A stretch of DNA of 64,000 nt from an uncultured Candidatus Binatia bacterium (lineage in GTDB: Bacteria; Desulfobacterota; Binatia; UBA9968; JAJDTQ01). The position numbers and the translations under genes are program-made. The stretch's first letter is position 1. Each line of letters begins with the position of its first letter. The stretch is taken from positions 2,048,001 through 2,112,000 of the forward strand of contig OZ243916.1 in the NCBI GenBank assembly GCA_965213675.1, read 5' to 3'. Below the pieces are notes generated by a model. The model made no database searches, was not told where the DNA came from, and was given only the letters and a program-made list of their open reading frames with translations. Of this stretch, positions 48,216 through 58,527 are shown piece by piece.

Positions 48216-49895
48216 TCATTTCCTCGCAGGAACGATGGTGAATCTCTCGATAAGAGAGCTTCCCATCTTCCTGGCCAGCGGCCAATCCGGACTACGCAAC
48301 AGCCAAGTGGCTGTGGCATACAGCACCACTCCGCCCACGAGCAGCGCAAGGAAACCCAACACTTGGGCAGACAGCGTTGCCGACCCCCACGGCATGCGTC
48401 CCGCCAGCAGCGCCAAGGGAGCCGCCATGGCGACAGCGGCGGCGAGATTGCGCCACAGGGACGATCCATAGTCACCCCAGCGGAATCCCTTGAGGCGCCG
48501 CGCCATGAGCCAAAACAGCGCCGCGAACTGGAAGGTCGCCGACAGTGAGTTGGCCAGCGCCAGCCCGGCGTAGGACAGGCTCAGCACGCCGATGCTCCCG
48601 CCGAGGGCGGTGACCGCCGCAACGAACGCGTTCGCCGACCCCGCCGTTTCCACCCGTCCCATCAACGCCAGGCTCAGAAGGAAGTTCACCGCGAAGGTCC
48701 AGAACGCCACCCGCATCGGCGTCCGCGTGTCCTGCATGGCGTGGAACATGGGAACCAGCACGCGCGTGGCGGACACGGCCCACAAGCCCAAGGCGAGAAA
48801 GATCAGCGCGCGCGCGCAAGCAGCGACATCGGCCGCGCCGAAGGCGCCCCGTTGAAACAGCAGGGAAAACGCCGGCACGGCGACAACCACCAGCCCAAGC
48901 GCGCACGGCAGCGCGATGAAATTCACCATCCGCAGGGCGTAGCCGAGGGCCGTCCGCAACCCGTCCACATCCCGGCGCGCCGCCAGCGAGGAAAAGCTCG
49001 GCAACGCGGCCGTACCCAGGGCCACGGCGAACACGCCCAAGGGAAACTGCAGCAGGCGGTCGGCATAGTAGAGATAGGAAACACTTCCGGGCTCCAGCAA
49101 CGAGGCCAGGATGGTGCTCACCAGCACGTTCAGCTGATAGACGGCGGCGCCGATGACCGCGGGACCCATGAGCCGCAGAAATCCGGAGAGCGCGGGGCTG
49201 CGGAAGTTCGCGCTGGGCATCCAGGAAAAACCGTACCGGCGCAGGAACGGCAGTTGCAACGCAAGCTGCGCGGCGCTGCCCAGCAGCACCCCGTAGGCCA
49301 GGCTCATGACCGGCTGCGACAGCAGCGGGACCAGCAGAAAGGCCGCCGCGATGATGGACAGGTTCTGGAGCACGGGCGCCAGTGAAGGCGCCATGAAGTG
49401 GCGAAACGTGTTCAGGTACCCCATGCACAGGGCCACGAGGCTCACGAAGAAGATGCTGGGGAACATGATGCGCACAAGGCGGACCGTGAGGGAGAACGTC
49501 TCGGGCGCGGCGGAGAAACCTGGCGCGAACAGCCACGTCAAGGGCGACGGGAAGAGCACGCCGGCGGCGGTCACCACAAGAAGGCTGAGGACCGCGAAGG
49601 TCATGATCACGCGGCTCGCCTCGATGGCCTCCTGGCGCCCCTGGGTGGCAAGTATGCGGGCCAGGACCGGCACGAAACCGGCGGACAAGGCGCCCTCCGC
49701 GGTCAATCGCCGCAACAGGTTGGGAATGCGGAAGGCAACGAAAAACGCGTCGGCGGCGCTCCGGGCGCCCAGCAGGTATCCGATGACGATATCCCTGGCA
49801 AGACCCGAGAAACGGCTCAACAGGGTCATCGAGCCCACGACCCCCGTGGCCTTCGCGACCCGGCCCAGCTCCCTCGCCGTTGACTCATCACCCAT
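48216..49895 (-). CDS. murJ: Lipid II flippase
   Basis: ADAFFVAFRIPNLLRRLTAEGA, YLYYADRLLQFPLGVF. Confidence 0.96.
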   Translation of the reverse strand: MGDESTARELGRVAKATGVVGSMTLLSRFSGLARDIVIGYLLGARSAADAFFVAFRIPNLLRRLTAEGALSAGFVPVLARILATQGRQEAIEASRVIMTFAVLSLLVVTAAGVLFPSPLTWLFAPGFSAAPETFSLTVRLVRIMFPSIFFVSLVALCMGYLNTFRHFMAPSLAPVLQNLSIIAAAFLLVPLLSQPVMSLAYGVLLGSAAQLALQLPFLRRYGFSWMPSANFRSPALSGFLRLMGPAVIGAAVYQLNVLVSTILASLLEPGSVSYLYYADRLLQFPLGVFAVALGTAALPSFSSLAARRDVDGLRTALGYALRMVNFIALPCALGLVVVAVPAFSLLFQRGAFGAADVAACARALIFLALGLWAVSATRVLVPMFHAMQDTRTPMRVAFWTFAVNFLLSLALMGRVETAGSANAFVAAVTALGGSIGVLSLSYAGLALANSLSATFQFAALFWLMARRLKGFRWGDYGSSLWRNLAAAVAMAAPLALLAGRMPWGSATLSAQVLGFLALLVGGVVLYATATWLLRSPDWPLARKMGSSLIERFTIVPARK

Positions 49896-49909
49896 GCGGT
49901 GCTACACAG

Positions 49910-50026
49910 CTAGTGCTCCGCGTCACAAGGAAACGCATGAATCCGCCAGCGCAGGTCGCAAGGCGTGACGAGCAGCGGTGTCGGCACCCGCGGATTCACA
50001 GGCTTCTTTGCGACCCGGGACACAAG
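49910..50026. repeat. Short degenerate relative of MITE family B
   Basis: CTAGTGCTCCGCGTCACAAG...CTTTGCGACCCGGGACACAAG imperfect inverted ends, internal TGAATCCGC/GCGGATTCA, core GCAAGGCGTGACGAGCAG. Confidence 0.55.
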
Positions 50027-50043
50027 ACTCCAGGAGGTACATC

Positions 50044-50364
50044 TTGGCGAACCACAAGTCGGCCATCAAACGGCACAAGCAAAGCGAGCAACGCCATCTG
50101 CGCAACCAGGCGTTTCGCTCACGCGTCAGAACCTTGGTCAAGAAGACACGGGTAGCGATCGAGAGCAAGGACCGCGATGCCATCGCGGAGCGTATCAGGG
50201 AAGTGAACGGGTTGCTGGACAGGGCCGTGCTCAAGGGTGTGCTCAAGCGCAACACGGCCTCCCGCAAGATGGCGCGGTTGGCGCGGGCCGCGCACCAGGC
50301 GGTTCCCCAGGAGTCGCCCGCAGAGACATCCGTCAGTACCCCTCCGCCATCCGCTGCCGGATGA
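50044..50364 (+). CDS. rpsT: 30S ribosomal protein S20
   Basis: ANHKSAIKRHKQSEQRHLRN...KGVLKRNTASRKMARL; GGAGGT + TTG start. Confidence 0.95.
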   Translation: MANHKSAIKRHKQSEQRHLRNQAFRSRVRTLVKKTRVAIESKDRDAIAERIREVNGLLDRAVLKGVLKRNTASRKMARLARAAHQAVPQESPAETSVSTPPPSAAG

Positions 50365-50926
50365 CACGGGCCAGCCGCAGCAGCAACCGTTCCCTCGCAG
50401 CCATTCGAGAACTCTCCGCGACCACGGCGTCGCTCAGACGGCCGACATCCCCGGCATCCAGATTGTCGCGCAGAAACTCTCCGGAGCCCGGGACCACGGC
50501 CCCACGGGCGCCTGCGTAGACTTCCTGCAACCGCACTCCCTGTCGCGGCCACAAGACTTCCCGCGGCGAACGCCGCCGCAGCGTGATCTCCACGTCGAGT
50601 TGGGCTTCGGACTGCAACACCCGCTCCGCTCTGTCCACCGCGAGATTCCGGGTGCGGTAGTGCCGGATCACTCCGGACAGGACCGCATCGGCATCCTCGA
50701 ACCGCTCCACAACCCGTGGCCGCTCCATGCCGGCAAACTCCCGTCGCAACGCCAGCCCGAGCCCGTGCTCCAGTCCGGTGATACCGGTCTGATTGAGGAA
50801 ACGCTCAAGGTAGACGGTTCGGACGCCGTCCGGCAATCCGGCGCCGGAGCCCACGAACCGGTAGCCGCAGGCCCCCGCCAGCAGCGTGGCCGCCAGCGCC
50901 AACGCCAGACCCAGGGCGCCACGCAA
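50333..50926 (-). CDS. lptE: LPS assembly lipoprotein LptE
   Basis: Lipobox LAGACGYRF; position directly after leuS. Confidence 0.85.
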   Translation of the reverse strand: MRGALGLALALAATLLAGACGYRFVGSGAGLPDGVRTVYLERFLNQTGITGLEHGLGLALRREFAGMERPRVVERFEDADAVLSGVIRHYRTRNLAVDRAERVLQSEAQLDVEITLRRRSPREVLWPRQGVRLQEVYAGARGAVVPGSGEFLRDNLDAGDVGRLSDAVVAESSRMAARERLLLRLARVIRQRMAEGY

Positions 50927-50930
50927 GCCT

Positions 50931-53420
50931 TCAACCCCCGATCACGATATTGACCAAGCGCCCGGGCACCTGAATGATCCGCTTGACGGAGCGGCCGTCC
51001 AGGAAACCCGCCACCTTGGGATCCGCCAGCGCCGCCGACTCGATTGCCTCCCCGGCGGCGTCGGCCGGCACCGATATCTTGCCGCGCAGCTTGCCGTTGA
51101 CCTGGACGACGATGAGCCGGGTCTCCTGCACGAGGGCGGCTTCGGAGTAGCCGGGCCAGGCCACGTCCGCCAGAGAGTCGTCGTGTCCCAGGCGTTGCCA
51201 CAGTTCGCTCGCCACGTGCGGCACGAACGGCGCCAGCAGCACCACCTCGGTCTCCAGCGCCGCCTTCATCAGCGCGGCGCTTTCGTCCCGCTCCAACTCC
51301 CCGGCGCTCAATGCATTGAGAGCGTTGTGCAATTCCATGACCGCGGCGATGGCCGTGTTGAAGTGGAAGCGCTCGACGTCTTCGGTGACTTTCTTGATGG
51401 TCCGGTGGATACGCCGGCGCAGCTCCCTCAATGGGTCCGACGCAGGCTCGCCGCCGGCGTCGGCCGTGACCGCCGCCAGCCGCTGGCCATGGCGCATGGC
51501 GAAGCGCCACACCCGGTTCAGGAAACGGTGCGCCCCCTCGACGCCCTGATCGCTCCAGTCCAGGTCCTTCTCGGGCGGGGCCGCGAACAACGTGAACAGG
51601 CGCGCGGTATCCGCGCCGTAGCGCTGGATCAACTCGTCCGGATCCACCACGTTGTTCTTGGACTTGGACATCTTGGCGCCGTCCTTGATGACCATGCCCT
51701 GGGTCAACAGGTTGCTGAAGGGCTCGTCCACGGCAAGCCAGCCCATGTCCCGCAGGACACGGGTGAAAAAGCGCGCGTACAGCAGATGCAGCACCGCGTG
51801 CTCGACGCCGCCGACATACTGGTCCACGGCCATCCAGTAGCGGGTCCGCGCCCGGTCCAGCGGTTGCCCATCCTCGTCCGGGCAGGCATAGCGCGCGAAG
51901 TACCACGACGACTCCACAAACGTGTCCATGGTATCGGTCTCGCGACGGGCCGTCCCTTGGCACGTGGGACAGGCCGTCTCATGGAACTCCGGCAGATTCG
52001 CCAGCGGTGAGCCGCCGGCCCCGGTGAACTCCACCTGGATGGGCAGCCGCACCGGCAACTCGTCTTCCGGCACCGGCACCATGCCGCACGCGTCGCAATA
52101 CACCACCGGGATGGGCGCACCCCAATAGCGCTGGCGCGAGATGCCCCAGTCCCGCAGCCGGTAGCGCACCGTGCCCTTGCCCCAGCCTTTCTCCTCGAGC
52201 CAGTCGGCGATGCGGGCGCGCCCCTCGGCGCTGGCGAGCCCACTGAAGGGGCCGCTGCCGGCCATCACCCCGTCGGCCACGAATGCCTCGGTCATGTCTT
52301 CGGCCACCAGCTCGGCCCCGGCGGGATGGATCACCGGACGCACCGGGAGGTCGTATTTCCGGGCGAACTCGAAGTCCCGCTGATCGTGGGCCGGGACGGC
52401 CATGACCGCCCCGGTGCCGTACTCCATCAGCACGAAGTTGGCCACGTAGATGGGGATCTTCTCTCCGGTGAAGGGGTTGACACAGCAGGATCCGGTGAAG
52501 ACGCCCTCCTTTTCCATGTCCACGTCATCGCGCCGGGAATGACTCATGCGCTTCACGTTCCCGGCGAACTCCCGGACCGCCTGCTGTTGCGACGTGCCCT
52601 CCGCGAGTTCCAGCGCCAGCGGGTGCTCCGCCGCCAGGGAGACGAAGGTCGCGCCATAGATCGTATCCTGACGGGTGGTGAAAACCGTGAGGTCGCCGTC
52701 CCGTTCCACCAGCGGAAAACGGATCTCCGCGCCAATGGACTTCCCGATCCAGTTGCGCTGCATGGTGAGGACCTTGTCGGGCCAACCGCCTGCAAGATCG
52801 TCGCACGCCGCCAGCAGTTCCTCGGCGTAGTCCGTGATGCGGAAGAACCACTGCGGCAGCTCGCGCATGACCACATTCTGCTCGCAGCGCCAGCAGACCC
52901 CGTCCACCACCTGTTCATTGGCCAGAACGGTTTGGCACCCGGTGCACCAGTTGACCGCCGAACTGCGCTTGTAGGCGAGTCCGCGCTTGAGCATCTCCAG
53001 GAAGAACAACTGCTCCCAGCGGTAGTAGTCGGCGTCGCACGTGGCCAGTTCCCGGCGCCAGTCGTAGCTGAAGCCCATCTTCTTGAGCTGGCCGCGCATG
53101 TAGTCGATATTTTCCACGGTCCAGCGGGCGGGGTGCACCTTGTTGGCGATGGCCGCGTTCTCGGCGGGCAGTCCGAAAGCGTCCCAGCCCATGGGATGGA
53201 GGACGTTGAAACCGCGCATGCGCTTGTAGCGCGCGATGACGTCGCCGATGGAGTAGTTGCGCACGTGTCCCATGTGGATGCGCCCGGACGGATACGGGAA
53301 CATCTCCAGCAGATAGTACTTGGGGCGGGGCGAGTCTTCGTCCACCCGGAAGGTCTCCTCGCCCTCCCACTGGCTCTGCCACTTCTCTTCGATCTTCCAG
53401 AACTCGTACTTCTCGATCAT
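50931..53420 (-). CDS. leuS: Leucine--tRNA ligase
   Basis: [26 protein letters not shown]. Confidence 0.98.
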   Translation of the reverse strand: MIEKYEFWKIEEKWQSQWEGEETFRVDEDSPRPKYYLLEMFPYPSGRIHMGHVRNYSIGDVIARYKRMRGFNVLHPMGWDAFGLPAENAAIANKVHPARWTVENIDYMRGQLKKMGFSYDWRRELATCDADYYRWEQLFFLEMLKRGLAYKRSSAVNWCTGCQTVLANEQVVDGVCWRCEQNVVMRELPQWFFRITDYAEELLAACDDLAGGWPDKVLTMQRNWIGKSIGAEIRFPLVERDGDLTVFTTRQDTIYGATFVSLAAEHPLALELAEGTSQQQAVREFAGNVKRMSHSRRDDVDMEKEGVFTGSCCVNPFTGEKIPIYVANFVLMEYGTGAVMAVPAHDQRDFEFARKYDLPVRPVIHPAGAELVAEDMTEAFVADGVMAGSGPFSGLASAEGRARIADWLEEKGWGKGTVRYRLRDWGISRQRYWGAPIPVVYCDACGMVPVPEDELPVRLPIQVEFTGAGGSPLANLPEFHETACPTCQGTARRETDTMDTFVESSWYFARYACPDEDGQPLDRARTRYWMAVDQYVGGVEHAVLHLLYARFFTRVLRDMGWLAVDEPFSNLLTQGMVIKDGAKMSKSKNNVVDPDELIQRYGADTARLFTLFAAPPEKDLDWSDQGVEGAHRFLNRVWRFAMRHGQRLAAVTADAGGEPASDPLRELRRRIHRTIKKVTEDVERFHFNTAIAAVMELHNALNALSAGELERDESAALMKAALETEVVLLAPFVPHVASELWQRLGHDDSLADVAWPGYSEAALVQETRLIVVQVNGKLRGKISVPADAAGEAIESAALADPKVAGFLDGRSVKRIIQVPGRLVNIVIGG

Positions 53421-53869
53421 GGTTCCGGCCGCTCGCTCTCCTTGGTCTCGTCTGCCTCCTTGAGGCCGTTGGCACGGGCCACCTGGTCGAGCACCCCGTT
53501 GATGAAGGCGGGGGAATCATCCGAACCGTAGCGGTTGCCGATTTCGATGGCTTCGTCGATGCTTACCTTCAGCGGGACGTCCGGACAGTCGAGCATCTCG
53601 TAGGTGGCGAGGCGAAGAATGATCAGATCCACCCGGGACATGCGCCCAAGCTTCCAATGCACCACCGCGCTCTCGATGAACCCGTCGATCGCGTCACGAC
53701 GCGTCGTGACGCCGGCGATCAGGCGCTGGGCGAAATCCCGCGCCGCCGGGCGCGAAGGGAAATGGCCCCAGAAGCCTTCCGAACCGAGGGGGGCCGGTTC
53801 GCCGGTGATCTCCATCTGGTAGAGCACCTGCAATGCCAGCTCCCGGGCCTTGCGGCGGATACTTGCCAT
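53417..53869 (-). CDS. nusB: Transcription antitermination factor NusB
   Basis: [27 protein letters not shown]. Confidence 0.96.
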   Translation of the reverse strand: MASIRRKARELALQVLYQMEITGEPAPLGSEGFWGHFPSRPAARDFAQRLIAGVTTRRDAIDGFIESAVVHWKLGRMSRVDLIILRLATYEMLDCPDVPLKVSIDEAIEIGNRYGSDDSPAFINGVLDQVARANGLKEADETKESERPEP

Positions 53870-53891
53870 CCACGAAGGAAGGTTGTCGAGG

Positions 53892-54359
53892 TCAGGCCAG
53901 CTGCTTGCCCAAGCTCGCCATCTCGATGGCGGTGACCGCGGCCTCGAACCCCTTGTTACCCATTTTCGCGCCGGCGCGGTCCACCGCCTGCTCCACCGTG
54001 TTGGTGGTGAGCAGGCCGAAGGCGATGGGGACGCCGTGCTGGTTCATGGCGTGGCCCACCCCGCGGGAGGCTTCCGCACAGATGTAGTCGAAGTGGGGGG
54101 TATCGCCGCGGATGACCGCACCGACGCAGATCAGCGCGTCGTACCTGCCGCTGGCCGCCATCTTGTGGGCGCAAAAGGAGATTTCGAAAGCGCCGGGGAC
54201 CCACGCGACGTCGACGTTCTCATCCATGTCGGCGCCGTGCCGCCTCAAGCCGTCCACGGCGCCTTGAAGAAGCCGCTCGGTAATGAAGCTATTGAAGCGG
54301 CTGGCGATGATCCCGACACGCATCCCCGTCGCGTCCAGTTGCCCTTCGATCAATCGCAT
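53892..54359 (-). CDS. ribH: 6,7-dimethyl-8-ribityllumazine synthase
   Basis: [30 protein letters not shown]. Confidence 0.97.
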   Translation of the reverse strand: MRLIEGQLDATGMRVGIIASRFNSFITERLLQGAVDGLRRHGADMDENVDVAWVPGAFEISFCAHKMAASGRYDALICVGAVIRGDTPHFDYICAEASRGVGHAMNQHGVPIAFGLLTTNTVEQAVDRAGAKMGNKGFEAAVTAIEMASLGKQLA

Positions 54360-54380
54360 GGCCGGTCCTCTCGGGACAAC

Positions 54381-55622
54381 TCACTTCCCTTCCAGGTGGG
54401 TGAGGAGGTGTCCGAGCTTGTCGCGCTTGGTCCGCAAATAGCGAGCATTGCCGTCGTTGGGCTGGATCTCCAGCGGCATGCGTTCGCTCACCGACAAGCC
54501 ATAGCCTTCGAGGCTGACGATCTTGCGCGGATTGTTGGTCAACAGGCGCAGGCGCTGGATACCGAGATTCCGCAATATCTCGGCCGCCACCCCGTAGTCC
54601 CGCAGGTCCACGTCGAAGCCAAGCTCCAGATTCGCCTCGGCGGTATCACGTCCCTGGTCCTGCAGCGCGTACGCCTTGATCTTGTTGGTCAGACCGATGC
54701 CGCGCCCTTCCTGATGCATGTACACGATGGCGCCGCACTCCTCGTCGTCGATGAGGCGCAGGGCCGCGCGCAACTGTTCGCCACAGTCGCACCGCTCCGA
54801 CGAGAACACGTCGCCGGTGAGACACTCGGAATGCACCCGTACCAGGACGTTGTCACTGCCGCTGACGTCGCCCTTGACCAAGGCCATGTGCTCGAATGGA
54901 TCGAGGTTCGTGCGGTAGAGAATCGCCTTGAAGGAACGGCCGTGAATGCTCGGGAGGTCCTCTTCCCAGACCCTGCGTATGGTGGCTTCATGGCGCAGGC
55001 GGTGCGAGATGATATCCACGACGGAAACCATCCGCAGATCATGCGCACGCGCGAATTCCCGAAGCGCCGGCCCAACGGCGACGGCGCCGTCCTCGCCCAG
55101 CACCTGGCAAAACGCCGCCGCCGGCTGCAGGCCGCCAAGTGTTGCCAGATCCACCGAAGCCTCGGCCGCGCTTGCCCGGACCAGCACGCCCCCTTCGCTG
55201 GCTTGCACCGGCAACACGTTGCCCGGCATCACGAAATCACGGGAACCCGCGTCGGGGCGAACGCACGAGCGGATGGTATGGGCCCGGCCCGCGGCGGACA
55301 CCTCCAGCCCCAGCGCCGAATTGGCGCCCACGGGGACGCCCACCGGAGCATGACCCGGAACCAGGTTGGCAGGCTCCTCGGCGCGGAACCCCAGCCGCTG
55401 CATGTACGAAGGATGCAGCGCCAGGTAGAGAACGCCCCGGGCATGGCGCAACATGAAGTTGATGGACTCGGGGGTCACCCTTTCCGCAGGCATGCACACG
55501 AAGCCCACGCCGTTATCGCTTGGCTCGTCCACCAGCAGGATCGGGCGACCGTGACGGAGTTCTTCCGAGATTTCTTCAATGGGAGTCAGAGACATGGGGG
55601 TTCGAGGCGCCGTTCCCATCAC
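54381..55622 (-). CDS. ribBA: RibBA fusion: intact GTP cyclohydrolase II, degenerate DHBP synthase domain
   Basis: RVHSECLTGDVF..RCDCG, QEGRGIGL, TNNPRK intact; N-terminal RibB fold with catalytic motifs substituted. Confidence 0.9.
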   Translation of the reverse strand: MMGTAPRTPMSLTPIEEISEELRHGRPILLVDEPSDNGVGFVCMPAERVTPESINFMLRHARGVLYLALHPSYMQRLGFRAEEPANLVPGHAPVGVPVGANSALGLEVSAAGRAHTIRSCVRPDAGSRDFVMPGNVLPVQASEGGVLVRASAAEASVDLATLGGLQPAAAFCQVLGEDGAVAVGPALREFARAHDLRMVSVVDIISHRLRHEATIRRVWEEDLPSIHGRSFKAILYRTNLDPFEHMALVKGDVSGSDNVLVRVHSECLTGDVFSSERCDCGEQLRAALRLIDDEECGAIVYMHQEGRGIGLTNKIKAYALQDQGRDTAEANLELGFDVDLRDYGVAAEILRNLGIQRLRLLTNNPRKIVSLEGYGLSVSERMPLEIQPNDGNARYLRTKRDKLGHLLTHLEGK

Positions 55623-56239
55623 CGGGTTTCCGGCGTGCGCGACGGAGTGCGATAGGCCTTCACGAATTGCTGCACGTATTTGCCGATGATGTCGGCTTCC
55701 AGGTTGACTCTATCACCAACACCCCGCTCCTGCAAATTCGTGTGCGCCAGCGTGAACGGGATGATAGCCACCGAAAAGGCGCGCGACGTGCACTCGTTGA
55801 CGGTCAGACTGATGCCGTCCACGGCGATGGAACCCTTGGCCACCAGCAGGCGGCCCACGGGCGCGGGCGCTCGGAAGCGGAAGGAGGTGAAGTCGCCGCT
55901 CGGCTCCACCCGGGTGATCTGCCCCACGGTATCGACATGTCCGGTGACCATGTGACCGCCGAGCCGGTCGTTGAGTTGAAGCGGCCGCTCCAGGTTGATG
56001 CGGCCTCCTTCACGCAGGTCCGCCAGGTTCGTGCGCTTGAGCGTCTCGGGCGAGACCTCCACCGTAAGCCGCCGGCCAGCCTTCTTCACCACCGTCAGGC
56101 AACAGCCGTTCACCGCGATGCTGTCGCCCAGCGACACCTCCCGCCCGGGAAGCGCCGTCTCGAAGGTCAGTTCGCCGCCGTCGGCGCCCGCGCGCCAGCG
56201 GCGCACCCGCCCCACGTCCTCGATCAGTCCAGTAAACAT
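55619..56239 (-). CDS. ribE: Riboflavin synthase (alpha chain)
   Basis: MFTGLI, GDSIAVNGCCLT, GGHMVTGHVD, KGSIAVDGISLT. Confidence 0.97.
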   Translation of the reverse strand: MFTGLIEDVGRVRRWRAGADGGELTFETALPGREVSLGDSIAVNGCCLTVVKKAGRRLTVEVSPETLKRTNLADLREGGRINLERPLQLNDRLGGHMVTGHVDTVGQITRVEPSGDFTSFRFRAPAPVGRLLVAKGSIAVDGISLTVNECTSRAFSVAIIPFTLAHTNLQERGVGDRVNLEADIIGKYVQQFVKAYRTPSRTPETR

Positions 56240-56393
56240 GATGGATAGTACGGCTCTTGAAAGTACGAGTTGGTGTCGCCGATCCCTTGTTCGAAATCAG
56301 CCATCCCACCCTCCCGTTGTCGTTGCAGCGGATCATATCAACCGGCCAAGTCCACGGCAAATCGTTCCGGTGTGTTTCCCGGCCCCACCCCAC

Positions 56394-56802
56394 CTGGATT
56401 CCCGCTTTCGCGGGAATGACGTGCCGGGGGTAGGAGGTGTCATTTCCTGTTCGTGCCAAGTTCAGCACCACGCTTTCGCGGGAATGACGCGCCGGGGGGT
56501 AGGATGTGCCATTTCCTGTTCGTGCCAAGTTCGGCACCACGCCTTCGCGGGAATGACGCGCCGGGGGGTAGGATGTGCCATTTTCTGTTCATGCCAGGTT
56601 CGGTACCACGCCTTCGCGGGAATCATCCAGGTCGGTTGGGAGCCGACGCACGAGGGGATGAAATCGGCCCCACAGTCATGTCATTCCCGCGAAAGCGGGA
56701 ATCCAGATTTGGGGTCGGCCCCCATACAAGGCGTGATTGGTCCACGGTCATGTCATTCCCGCGAAAGCTTGCCCTCGACCCCGATCGGGGGCGGGAATCC
56801 AG
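56394..56802. repeat. dRS3-like palindrome array: three 68-69 bp tandem units plus oppositely oriented copies
   Basis: CGC(T/C)TTCGCGGGAAT starts at 56403, 56471, 56540, 56609; GTCATTCCCGCGAAAGC at 56680 and 56752. Confidence 0.9.
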
Positions 56803-56825
56803 GGGGTGGGGAATGGTGTCCCGCG

Positions 56826-57923
56826 TCACAGATACGCCGACACCAGGATGTCCTCGCCCAAACGCCGGACCGCAGGGGTCTTCAGTCGTGGCGTCTGGCG
56901 CATGCGCTCGATGCCGAGGTCGCCCACCATGGGCAGACCCTCGGCGCCGACGAACTTGGGGGCGTAGAAGCACAGCACCTTGTCCACGGCCTTCTCGGAT
57001 ATGGCGCGGGCAGCGGTCACGGCGCCGCCTTCCAGCAGGACACTGAGCACACCGGCGCGGGCGAGCCGGCGGAACACGCGCCGGAAAGAGATGCGGCCGC
57101 GGTTCACAGGGAAGCGCCACACCTGGACGCCCAGATCTTCCAGGGGTTTGCAGGCGTCCGCGGACGTGTCGTTGCCGGTGATCAACACGGTGTTCTCGGA
57201 GTGGGGCTGGGTGACGAGTCTGGCGGTCACGGGGGTGCGCAGCCGCCGGTCCAGAACGATGCGCAACGGGTCGCGACCGCCCGGCAGGCGGCAGGTGAGC
57301 TGCGGGTCGTCGGCGAGGACGGTGCCCGAGCCTACCATCACGGCATCCAACTGGTTGCGCAGGCGGTGTACGTAACGGCGCGCCGCCGGTCCGGTGACCC
57401 AACGGGAGTCTCCCGTGGCGGTGGCGATGCGGCCGTCCAGGGACGCGGCCAGCTTGAGGGTAACGAAGGGCAACCCGCGGGTGACGTACTTGACGAAGGC
57501 CTCGTTAAACTGCCGGCACGCATCTTCCCGCACCGGCGCGTCCACGCGGACGCCGGCCTCGCGCAGCGCCTGCAGGCCGCGGCCCGCCACCGCAGGGTTG
57601 GGGTCGACCATGCCCGCCACCACCCGCGTGACGCCCGCCTCAAGGACGGCGCGAACGCATGGAGGGGTGCGTCCGAAGTGACTGCAGGGTTCCAGGTTGA
57701 CGTAGAGGGTGGCGCCGCGCGCGGCGCTTCCGGCTTCGCGCAGGGCCACCACCTCCGCATGGTCCGCGCCGGCGCGGGCATGATGGCCGCACCCCACCAC
57801 CCGGCCGTCCCGCACCACCAACGCCCCCACCATGGGGTTGGGACTGGTCCTGCCCGCTGCCCGGCGCGCGAGCCGCAGGGACGCGCCCATGTAGCGCTGA
57901 TCGCTCTCCTCGGATGCGTGCAT
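56826..57923 (-). CDS. ribD: Bifunctional riboflavin deaminase/reductase
   Basis: SPNPMVG, HAE, LEPCSHFGRTPPC, KLAASLDG, LLEGG. Confidence 0.97.
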   Translation of the reverse strand: MHASEESDQRYMGASLRLARRAAGRTSPNPMVGALVVRDGRVVGCGHHARAGADHAEVVALREAGSAARGATLYVNLEPCSHFGRTPPCVRAVLEAGVTRVVAGMVDPNPAVAGRGLQALREAGVRVDAPVREDACRQFNEAFVKYVTRGLPFVTLKLAASLDGRIATATGDSRWVTGPAARRYVHRLRNQLDAVMVGSGTVLADDPQLTCRLPGGRDPLRIVLDRRLRTPVTARLVTQPHSENTVLITGNDTSADACKPLEDLGVQVWRFPVNRGRISFRRVFRRLARAGVLSVLLEGGAVTAARAISEKAVDKVLCFYAPKFVGAEGLPMVGDLGIERMRQTPRLKTPAVRRLGEDILVSAYL

Positions 57924-58000
57924 GTCGGTGCCGAAATAGCGGCGCTCAAGGGGACACTGCGCAATCGGAACAGCGCCTTTCGTGTTCGCTCCGCTTGCGC

Positions 58001-58075
58001 TCCACCACGCTCAGGACGAACGATGAATCAGGAGACCGATCGAATATCCTCGTTCGTCCGGAGCCCGTCAAAGGG
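58001..58075. repeat. REP-like inverted pair
   Basis: GCTCAGGACGAACG (58009-58022) and CGTTCGTCCGGAGC (58051-58064), one mismatch. Confidence 0.6.
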
Positions 58076-58096
58076 CTCAGGACACCCTCGGGTCCA

Positions 58097-58253
58097 GGAG
58101 CCTGTCGGATTTATCGAATCGTAGCGAGAGGCAGAGAAAGGCCAGTTTTGGGCGGATTTGAGGAAAACATTGGTAATATTGGACGAAAATCCAACCGGAA
58201 ATGGACCCATTTCCCTGCCTCGCAGTAGATTCTTGATAAACCCGACAGGCTCC
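58097..58253 (+). mobile_element. MITE-like element family C (157 bp)
   Basis: Inverted ends GGAGCCTGTCGGATTTATC / GATAAACCCGACAGGCTCC; inverted homologue at 60435-60614. Confidence 0.85.
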
Positions 58254-58416
58254 CAGTGTCGTGTTCCACGTAAATGTTGACAAATTTGCTGGTCTTTACC
58301 GTCGTCGGCTGCGTTGCTCTTCCTCGCGTGGTAACGGCCACTGCTCGTCATCGCGCCTTGCCGACAACGAAAAATCCTGCGCATCTCTGTCAAGATTTAC
58401 GTGGACACGACACTGG
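58253..58416 (-). mobile_element. MITE-like element family B (164 bp)
   Basis: Inverted ends CCAGTGTCGTGTTCCACGTAAAT / ATTTACGTGGACACGACACTGG; homologous to 35487-35650. Confidence 0.85.
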
Positions 58417-58527
58417 CTCGGAACAGGCCCTGCACCAGGCACGGAAAAGGCGTGCGGAGCGCAAACCGAGCGACGTTGAAGAGCGGCCATGAATCAGAGC
58501 TTCTCCGGTGTCCCGTCACATGAGATC

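Noticed and set aside
56403-56623. 69-bp periodic repeat as a CRISPR array
   Set aside because: The intervening segments are near-identical rather than unique spacers, no cas genes are present, and the motif is dispersed elsewhere
58028-58490. Small ORFs in MITE regions (also 35382-35718, 60391-60728)
   Set aside because: They are translations of the repeat elements, with the same peptides recurring at each copy
57924-58527. FMN riboswitch upstream of ribD
   Set aside because: No RFN consensus seen; the space is explained by miniature repeat elements
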